Origin: Candidatus Pacearchaeota archaeon | GTDB taxonomy: Archaea > Nanobdellota > Nanobdellia > Pacearchaeales > GW2011-AR1 | Reading direction: 5' to 3' | Length of the DNA stretch: 63,790 bases | NCBI GenBank assembly: GCA_026395815.1 | Contig: JAPLXZ010000002.1 | Span: forward strand, 1 to 63,790 | Shown: piece by piece, positions 56,892 to 63,790 of the stretch | Layout: every line of letters starts with the position of its first letter | Numbering within the stretch: position 1 is the stretch's first letter | The notes under the pieces: model-generated | The model's input: only the letters and a program-made list of their open reading frames with translations | Database searches by the model: none | Told to the model about the DNA's origin: nothing | Made by a program: the position numbers and the translations under genes

Positions 56892-58991
56892 ATGCGAAAA
56901 TTGGTGATAATTCTATTCGTATTAGCTATTGTATTCGTTAGTTTAGCTGGTTTTGTCTATGCTCAAGAAGAGCAACCAGCACAAACAGCAACATGCCATT
57001 TAGATGAAGACTGCGGACAGCCAAGTGTATCAAAATATTGTGATGGTCTACAGGCATGTACTTTTGAAGTTGTTCCTGCTTGTTATAAATACCCCGACAC
57101 AACTGAAGGATTTTGTACAGAGAAAAAAGGAGGAACATGCACTCCTTGTGCTTATGGATGCGAAAATGGAGAATGCATACCTGCTTCTGTTTCTTGCACT
57201 GACCCAGACGGAACAAATCATTTTTTAGCAGGAAAAACCTGCGTAGGCAGTCAATGTGAATTAGACAAATGCGAGGGAAACACTATTATAGAATATACCT
57301 GCAGAGACAATAAAGCTTTAGTAGACCATACTTATGGTTGTATAAAAGGGTGTTCAGAAGGAGCTTGTTTACCTGAAACAACAACTACAGAACCTGTAAC
57401 ATGCACTCAAAAAGAAAATACTTGTTGCAAGGGAGATAGATGCGGAACATTGCTTGCTTGTCCTCCTAATTATATAAATGTGTTTAAGGGATGTGATTCT
57501 AACTGCATTCCAATTTCAACTTGCGAGCCACAAGCAGCAGAGATTAAAGAGAAGGTTAAGTGTATTTTTGCAAATTCAAAAACCGAACAAAAATGTTACC
57601 TTTCTATATACAATGATAAGTTTTTTTGTTCTGGAATTGAGAGTTGCATTATGGATGTTAATGGATACAGGGGACAAGATTTAGTTTGGAAAAGCACTTG
57701 CGGCGGATATGGATATACAAGAGTGGATGGAATTAATGATGATATAGCTTTTGAATGCCGAGCCCAAGAAACAACACCAACTCCAGTTCAAGAAACAAAC
57801 CAAACAAGTCCTATGACTCCTTATATCGGTCCTTCATGGTATAGCTTCGCTTACTGGCAGTGTTATGATAAAACAGGCGAAAAACAAGGAGGAGGAACTT
57901 CATGCAAACCTGCAGAAGTTTGGAAAAAATATGCGCAAGAATTCTGTATAAATCATTGTGATACAGCAACAGGGAAATGCGGGGTAAATAGTATTGGTAT
58001 TTACAGCGAATGTTCAGGAGCAACTATTGTTCAACCACCTGTTTGCGGAAATCATATATGTGAATCAGGAGAAGGGGAAATTTGTGAAGTTCAAGCAGTT
58101 AGTTGTGAAGAAGGAAAAGAATGCACAGCTTCTACAAAAAAATGTTATACTGTCTGTGTTCAAGATTGCCCGAAAGGAAAAGAAGGAATATATGTAAAGA
58201 TGGAAGAGAAATTTGAGTTACAAGTAAGCAGAGAAGCAAAGGTTAAAGATTATCAAGATTTAGTAATAAAATTTAATGACTTGTTTGTTCCTAGATGTGC
58301 TGTTCCTGTTGAAAATATTGAAGTAGCAGAAACATCGGCAGTTGTAGAAACATATGATACAATGACAGGAGGAATTATTTCTGGTTTTATTACAGAAAAT
58401 GTAGCGATTCCTATTGAATCGACTACTGAACAAAGATGTAATGACGCAGAACCATATGCAGTTTTACAAATTAAACGTTACAAAGAAAAAGAAGAAACAG
58501 AAGTCATAAAAATAAAATTAGGAGAAAAAAAGAAAATCTTTGATTTTACAATAAGCTTTTTAGATTATAATCAAGAGAGCAAGTCAGGAACATTTATTAT
58601 ATCCTTAGGAAGTTTTGAATGCCCTGAAAATTGTATTTGTGATATTAATGGACAAACTAAAGAATGCAGAAGAATAGAAAAAGATTGTCCTGAAAAAGAG
58701 ATGTTATGTCCTGATGGGGTATGCAGAGAAAAATGTGAAGTAACAAAAATTACAACAGAATGTAAATTTGGCTGCTTCTACCAAGACAAATGCTTGCCTT
58801 ATGGCTTAAGAGTAAATGGTTTATACTGTTCTATAAACAATGATATGAAAACACAACTAGTAGAAGCAAATAGCGCCTGTGAGAATAATTTTGAATGCAA
58901 AAGCAATGTTTGTGTAGTAGGAGAGTGCATAAGCGAAGGTTTTATGAAAAAGATTCTTAACTGGTTTAGAAGATTATTTGGAGCAGAATAA
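56892..58991 (+). CDS. Secreted Cys-rich surface protein
   Basis: Signal peptide MRKLV..VYA; many Cys modules; C-terminal CENNFECKSNVC plus amphipathic ILNWFRRLFG. Confidence 0.85.
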   Translation: MRKLVIILFVLAIVFVSLAGFVYAQEEQPAQTATCHLDEDCGQPSVSKYCDGLQACTFEVVPACYKYPDTTEGFCTEKKGGTCTPCAYGCENGECIPASVSCTDPDGTNHFLAGKTCVGSQCELDKCEGNTIIEYTCRDNKALVDHTYGCIKGCSEGACLPETTTTEPVTCTQKENTCCKGDRCGTLLACPPNYINVFKGCDSNCIPISTCEPQAAEIKEKVKCIFANSKTEQKCYLSIYNDKFFCSGIESCIMDVNGYRGQDLVWKSTCGGYGYTRVDGINDDIAFECRAQETTPTPVQETNQTSPMTPYIGPSWYSFAYWQCYDKTGEKQGGGTSCKPAEVWKKYAQEFCINHCDTATGKCGVNSIGIYSECSGATIVQPPVCGNHICESGEGEICEVQAVSCEEGKECTASTKKCYTVCVQDCPKGKEGIYVKMEEKFELQVSREAKVKDYQDLVIKFNDLFVPRCAVPVENIEVAETSAVVETYDTMTGGIISGFITENVAIPIESTTEQRCNDAEPYAVLQIKRYKEKEETEVIKIKLGEKKKIFDFTISFLDYNQESKSGTFIISLGSFECPENCICDINGQTKECRRIEKDCPEKEMLCPDGVCREKCEVTKITTECKFGCFYQDKCLPYGLRVNGLYCSINNDMKTQLVEANSACENNFECKSNVCVVGECISEGFMKKILNWFRRLFGAE

Positions 58992-59003
58992 TTGTTTGAA
59001 GGA

Positions 59004-59462
59004 TTAAATCTTAAACCACAGCCAATTTTTCTTATTTCCGCCATAACTCGTTTTTACTAAACAATATCTTCCTTTTAGTTTTTTTCCTTTTAACTCAAAA
59101 ATTATCTTTTTTGTATCTTTTTCAATTAATTCATAATTTCCCTTGTCCCAAATTTTTACTTCTCCTGCTCCGTAATTTCCCTCGGGAATTACTCCATGAA
59201 AGGTTGCATAATCCAGGGGATGGTCTTCAACTTCAATTGCTAATCTCTTAACTTCTTTTGCTTCAGGAGGAGATTTAGGCACTGCCCATGATTTTAAAAC
59301 TCCATTCATCTCCAACCGCAAATCCCAATGCAAATGTGTTGCATGATGCTCGTGAATTACGAAGATTGGTTTTTTTAATGACGGTGATGGCTTTTTTACT
59401 TTTGCAGGCGGCTCTTTGCTTTCTTTTAGCTTCCTCTTTTTTTTGTATTCTGATAAAGACAT
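59004..59462 (-). CDS. Stand-alone LigD 3'-phosphoesterase domain protein
   Basis: FVIHEHHATHLHWDLRLE, KSWAVPK, EDHPLDY, YGAGEVKIWDKG; ATG at 59462. Confidence 0.93.
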   Translation of the reverse strand: MSLSEYKKKRKLKESKEPPAKVKKPSPSLKKPIFVIHEHHATHLHWDLRLEMNGVLKSWAVPKSPPEAKEVKRLAIEVEDHPLDYATFHGVIPEGNYGAGEVKIWDKGNYELIEKDTKKIIFELKGKKLKGRYCLVKTSYGGNKKNWLWFKI

Positions 59463-59540
59463 GACATAACAAAGAAAGCCAGATATAAATATATTTTGTA
59501 TAATAAGAATTTTTTTAAAGAAAAAAGTTAAATTGGATTT

Positions 59541-59729
59541 ATGAAATATCAATTAATGGTTAAAACAACACGCACTCTTTTGGCGTATGAACACAGATGC
59601 AGTGAAAATCTTCCTTGCAATATACAAAAGGAAATGACTAATATGATTGCAAAATACAACGAACAGTTTCTTAATAGTCACCCTGAAAAAAGCGGTTTAG
59701 TTACTAGAGTTACGCTTCAATCAATATAA
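59541..59729 (+). CDS. Small hypothetical protein
   Basis: 62-aa ORF divergent from the LigD-PE gene. Confidence 0.45.
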   Translation: MKYQLMVKTTRTLLAYEHRCSENLPCNIQKEMTNMIAKYNEQFLNSHPEKSGLVTRVTLQSI

Positions 59730-59819
59730 CAAGTCCTATAAAACTCTACAATTTCTGCGAATAAAAAATATATCTTTCAGTATATAGTTATTTAAAAAGA
59801 GAATTTGGTTTTTTAACAA

Positions 59820-61319
59820 ATGAGTAATAGAAAGGGGGTAAAAAACCACAAAAAGAATTCTAAATTTAAACCAAAAACTTATGTTATTACTTCTGCACAG
59901 GCAATTCAATCTGAAAAAAACGAAGATCATTACGGACGTGATTCAGCAAGAGGTGCTCCAAATGAAAACTTGATGGAGGGGCTTCTAAAATATTGTGAAC
60001 GTAATGGTGCTGAACTAAAAATTCTATCAATGCAGGGTATGAATTCTACAGAGACAGAATTGCATGAATATTTCTCTGAGGAAATTGAAGAAAAGGAGAA
60101 GGGGGAAGTTCTTTATAGCATGAGACAAAAAGATTGTCCATTAAATCAAAATGTAAAAATTTCAAATATGGTAGAACCGCCGCAAAATATGAATATTCCT
60201 AATACAAGAGACAGATTTGTTCAGAGAGACCAATCTGTTGTAATGGCTCACACAAAACAAAGCTTAAGATGTGTTCCAACAGGAAATAAAAAGTTCCCAA
60301 AGGTAATAACAACTACTGGCTGTTGCACTCATCCAAATTATGACATTGATAAAGATTTAGCTATAGGCAATAGAAGAGCAGATATTGCATTAAGAGACCA
60401 TGAATACGGAGCAGTAGTAGTTGAAATTATAAGTCCAACACATTACAACATAAGACATCTCACTGCCCAAGCGAATGGAAAATTCGTCGATATGGGAAAG
60501 AAATTTGACGGCAAAGAAAGGGTAACAAAAGTTGAAAGTGACGCTTTAGTTCTTGGAGATTTGCATGTTGGAGAGACAGATGAACAAACAATGACTGCAA
60601 ATTATGAAATGATAAATTTTTTCAAACCTAAAGTGCTAGTTATTCATGATTTGGCTAATTCCTATTCTGTAAATCCTCATGAAAAAGATGACTGCGTCTC
60701 AAGAGCTATAAGAGCAAGGCTTGGAAAATTAAATCTGGAAAATGAATTAGAAGAATATTATTATACTCTCTGCGGGCTTGGAAGAGAAATTGGAAGAAAG
60801 GGGGAAGTTTTAATTACTCCTTCTAATCATGATAATTTTATCTACAGGTATATTGCTCTTGGAGACTTTCCTCATGATGAAATTAATGCAGGAATTGCGT
60901 CATATCTATTTAAAATTGCAATTGAAGAATGTGATGACCCTGCAGAAGCTGCAAATGTTGTTGTTGAAGAAGGAATAAAGAAGATGGGAAAACTCCCTTC
61001 CAACATTAGATTTTTAAAATTTGAAGATAATGTACAAATACGGGGGTACCAGCTTGCAAATCACGGACATCTCGGACATAGTGGTGGAAGAGGAAGCACA
61101 AGATCTCAGGAATTGATGTATGGAAAAAGTATTACAGGACACACGCATTCCCCAGAAAAATTAAGGGATACATATGTTGTTGGAACAAGTTCAAGGTTAG
61201 ACCTAGCTTATATAAGAGGACAAGGCTCTAAATGGATGGCTGCTAATGCGGTTATATACGAGGGGGGATTTGTCCAGCTTCTTCCGATTATCAACGGAAA
61301 ATGGAAGAGGAAAAAATAA
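59820..61319 (+). CDS. Metallophosphoesterase-fold nuclease, phage T5 A1-like
   Basis: GDLH, HD, SNHD, HGH, GHTH motifs; N-terminal ITSAQ, HTKQ, TTG..T.PNY, GAVVVE, RHL. Confidence 0.7.
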   Translation: MSNRKGVKNHKKNSKFKPKTYVITSAQAIQSEKNEDHYGRDSARGAPNENLMEGLLKYCERNGAELKILSMQGMNSTETELHEYFSEEIEEKEKGEVLYSMRQKDCPLNQNVKISNMVEPPQNMNIPNTRDRFVQRDQSVVMAHTKQSLRCVPTGNKKFPKVITTTGCCTHPNYDIDKDLAIGNRRADIALRDHEYGAVVVEIISPTHYNIRHLTAQANGKFVDMGKKFDGKERVTKVESDALVLGDLHVGETDEQTMTANYEMINFFKPKVLVIHDLANSYSVNPHEKDDCVSRAIRARLGKLNLENELEEYYYTLCGLGREIGRKGEVLITPSNHDNFIYRYIALGDFPHDEINAGIASYLFKIAIEECDDPAEAANVVVEEGIKKMGKLPSNIRFLKFEDNVQIRGYQLANHGHLGHSGGRGSTRSQELMYGKSITGHTHSPEKLRDTYVVGTSSRLDLAYIRGQGSKWMAANAVIYEGGFVQLLPIINGKWKRKK

Positions 61320-61336
61320 AATGAAAGGAGGTTAAA

Positions 61337-61546
61337 ATGACGGGAAAGATTGAAAAAATTGTTGCACATGGTGTAGAAGTTTTTGCAGATGTAGAAATGG
61401 ATAATTTACGAAGAGAAAGATGTTTATGTTTAAATTGTCAGAAAATGCCTTCCAATTGTTCTGTCAGTAAAGATTTTTATCACTTGTGTCTGCAAAATAA
61501 TATTGCTTTGATGGTTACGAGATGTCCAGAATATGTATACAAATAA
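61337..61546 (+). CDS. Small Cys-rich hypothetical protein
   Basis: CLCLNC..C..C..CP; strong GGAGGT Shine-Dalgarno upstream. Confidence 0.7.
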   Translation: MTGKIEKIVAHGVEVFADVEMDNLRRERCLCLNCQKMPSNCSVSKDFYHLCLQNNIALMVTRCPEYVYK

Positions 61547-61693
61547 AAACAGAAGTTCAATTTTATTTGGAAAAAGTTTTAAAGCCTCATCAATTAATTC
61601 TTAAAGAATTAAACGAATAAATTAAAAAAAATAATTCTTTAGATAGAAAGATAAAATATTTCTTAAATAGCAATAAAAAGAAGGATTTATAAA

Positions 61694-62938
61694 ATGAATC
61701 TGTTCTTTTTCCAAGATATGAAATCAAAATTTTTGGAAAGAATTGTTGGAGCAGGATTAGCGTTCTCCCTTAGCTTCTCAGTCGGATGCCAAATGCTAGA
61801 AAAGAGTGTTAAAGATTTTGCTTATATTCCTCCTTCATCAGAAAAAGCAGAGCAAGATTTAAAGAAAAGGGTAGATGAACAGATAAAAAAAATTGCAAAA
61901 GAAAATAAAATTCTTTTCACTTACGAAGATGATTACAAAGTAACAAGGAATTCTTTAACAACAACAGAGCAAAAAGAGATTTTAGACAGGAAATTAGAGC
62001 AAATTGCTGGAGAATACAAGCCAAAATACAATACCTCTGCTCATAGGACACTTGGGATGGAGCAAGAATTTGGAGCAACTGTCGAAGATTACAAGACTTT
62101 AGATGATTTGTTAGATAAAATAATCCCTGAAATTCAAATAAAGTCAGCATATACTAAAAAAGATGTTTTTAACATATTCAGAACAATTGCATCTAAATTA
62201 ATTGATTTTAAAAGAGAAGAGAATACACTTTTAAGTTATGGCCTAAGGGAAAAGATATTTGACTGTGACAACTTTTCATTAGTCTATTCTTCTGTAGGAG
62301 AAATTTTAAATCTACCAATAAAGATGATTAATGTTTTGAACCATGTTTTTATCAGATGGGATTTAGGAAAAGAACATCTCAATTGGGATAACATGTGGGG
62401 GAAAGAAGAAAACAAAGCATTTCTTGATTGGGTGTATAAAGTTAATTTTGGACTAGATGCTCTTTTTGTAGAAATGGGTAAAAAGGAAATAACTGCAATG
62501 AATTATTTTAACAGAGGCACTTATCTATTTGATCAAGAGAAATATGAAGAATCTCTAGATGAATTTAATACTGCTCTTGAACTTTATCCTAATTTTATGA
62601 TGGCTCTTTATAATAAGGGTTATACATTATTAGAATTAGAAGACTATCAAGGAGCTCTTAATTCATTTAATAAAGTAATCAACAAAAATTCTAAATTTGC
62701 AAATGGATATAATGCATGTGGACTTGTATACACCAGAATGGAATTCTATGATAAAGCTATTGAACAATTCACAAAGGCTATTGAATTAGAACCCGAATTA
62801 AATATAATTTATAAGAACAGGTCTGAAACATGGGAAAAAATAGGAAATAGTGAGAATGCTGAAAAAGACAGGAAACAATATTTCCTTCTTAAATTCAATG
62901 ACTTTACCGAAGACGGAATTATCTGGGTAGAAGAATAA
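61694..62938 (+). CDS. TPR-containing protein with transglutaminase/SirB1-like domain, putative lipoprotein
   Basis: SVGC lipobox-like; DCDNFS / NHVFIRW / NWD; four C-terminal TPR-like repeats; start may be 61718. Confidence 0.8.
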   Translation: MNLFFFQDMKSKFLERIVGAGLAFSLSFSVGCQMLEKSVKDFAYIPPSSEKAEQDLKKRVDEQIKKIAKENKILFTYEDDYKVTRNSLTTTEQKEILDRKLEQIAGEYKPKYNTSAHRTLGMEQEFGATVEDYKTLDDLLDKIIPEIQIKSAYTKKDVFNIFRTIASKLIDFKREENTLLSYGLREKIFDCDNFSLVYSSVGEILNLPIKMINVLNHVFIRWDLGKEHLNWDNMWGKEENKAFLDWVYKVNFGLDALFVEMGKKEITAMNYFNRGTYLFDQEKYEESLDEFNTALELYPNFMMALYNKGYTLLELEDYQGALNSFNKVINKNSKFANGYNACGLVYTRMEFYDKAIEQFTKAIELEPELNIIYKNRSETWEKIGNSENAEKDRKQYFLLKFNDFTEDGIIWVEE

Positions 62939-63190
62939 AAATTCTTTAAACACAGCAAAACATTTATAAACTAAAAATTGGTGAGTTTCTTATATTTAGA
63001 ATGAGTACTTTAATTTATACATATAACAATGTTAAAGTATGAGGTATGTAGAAGTAGTCATTAAGTTGTAGTTCTGATAATTGATTGTCAAAGCCAATAG
63101 TAAGGATTAGGAATTTGTGTGAAGTATATTATATCTTATAAATAATATGCGCTGATTTTCGTTGATTTATCGACGAGAAAATGATGTTTA

Positions 63191-63790
63191 AATCCAGTTG
63201 ATCCTGCTGGCGGCTGCGGCTCTCTGGTTTGCACTTAGACATGCAAGTCTTTCGCGAGAAGGCGAACTGCTCAGTAACACGTAGCTAACCTGCCCTTAAG
63301 TCAAGGATAACCTCGGGAAACTGAGGATAATACTTGATAGGAGATATACCCTGGAACGATTTATCTCATAAACTCGAGCTTAAGGATGGGGCTGCGGCGG
63401 ATTAGGTAGTTGGCGGGATAATAGCCCACCAAGCCTGTGATCCGTAAGGGCTCTTAGCGGAGAGGCCCTGAGAGGGAATCTGAGACACTATTCCCAGCCC
63501 TACGGGGTGCAGCAGGTAGGAATCTTTTGCAATGCGCGCAAGCGTGACAAAGCGAGCCAGAGTGCTTTTCAATTGAAAAGCTTTTGCTAAATCTAAAAAT
63601 TTTGGCGAATAATGACTGGGTAAGACTAGTGCCAGCCGCCGCGGTAATACTAGCGGTCCAAGTCGCAGCCATCATTATTGGGTCTAAAACATCCGTAGCT
63701 TGCTTAATAAGTTCCTTGTGAAATCTTATCTCTTAAGGATAAGGCGTGCGGGGAGTACTGTTAAGCTAGAGACTGGAAGACGTAAGAAGT
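63191..63790 (+). rRNA. 16S rRNA gene, 5' part (runs off window)
   Basis: ATCCAGTTGATCCTGCTGG start, CATGCAAGTC, CCCTACGGGGTGCAGCAG, GTGCCAGCCGCCGCGGTAA (63629..63647). Confidence 0.98.

Noticed and set aside
1-63190. tRNA genes, integrase or transposase
   Set aside because: No cloverleaf or T-loop signature seen by eye in intergenic gaps and no recombinase motifs in the ORFs; a tRNAscan-SE run would be needed to exclude atypical tRNAs
63454-63675. 73-aa minus-strand ORF
   Set aside because: Lies within the 16S rRNA gene
1-63790. Diversity-generating retroelement
   Set aside because: No reverse transcriptase is visible, and mismatches in the repeat pairs examined (143/353, 22352/22419, 45984/56425) are not adenine-specific

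Overview
AT-rich archaeal chromosomal window, most consistent with a DPANN/Nanobdellota (Pacearchaeota/Woesearchaeota-like) organism, judged from the divergent archaeal 16S 5' end, archaeal informational genes and reduced metabolism. In order: the C-terminal part of a Cys-rich repeat surface protein; a Tad/type IV pilus locus (six class III signal-peptide proteins, ATPase, two platform proteins); archease-pdaD-rtcB plus a RelBE-type TA module; secreted proteases and large Cys-rich/PKD surface proteins; oapABC; CCA-adding enzyme; TrmB; presenilin-type protease; aCPSF1 (apparently 3'-truncated) and proteasome beta; a three-gene array of an unknown repeated domain; MetF-like; an SDR/UbiA/radical SAM/DAG-kinase cluster; mre11-rad50; korAB; HemK; RNase J; the Pop5-psmA-SBDS-exosome-rpoK-eno-uS2 superoperon interleaved with small orphan ORFs; LigD phosphoesterase; a phage T5 A1-like nuclease; a TPR protein; and the start of the 16S rRNA gene. 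The most striking unexplained signals sit at gene 3' ends: (i) a dispersed ~70-bp element built from tandem-G.A/GNA-loop hairpins with a compensatory change, (ii) two canonical G-quadruplex motifs coinciding with non-native gene C-termini, one where aCPSF1 is cut short, and (iii) diverged duplicates of gene C-termini (rtcB, oapB) downstream of the intact genes. Other candidates for new biology are the lipid-modification cluster, a transglutaminase fused to an OMP-like beta-barrel, and the proteasome-adjacent paralog array. All family assignments come from motif recognition by eye; no searches were run.
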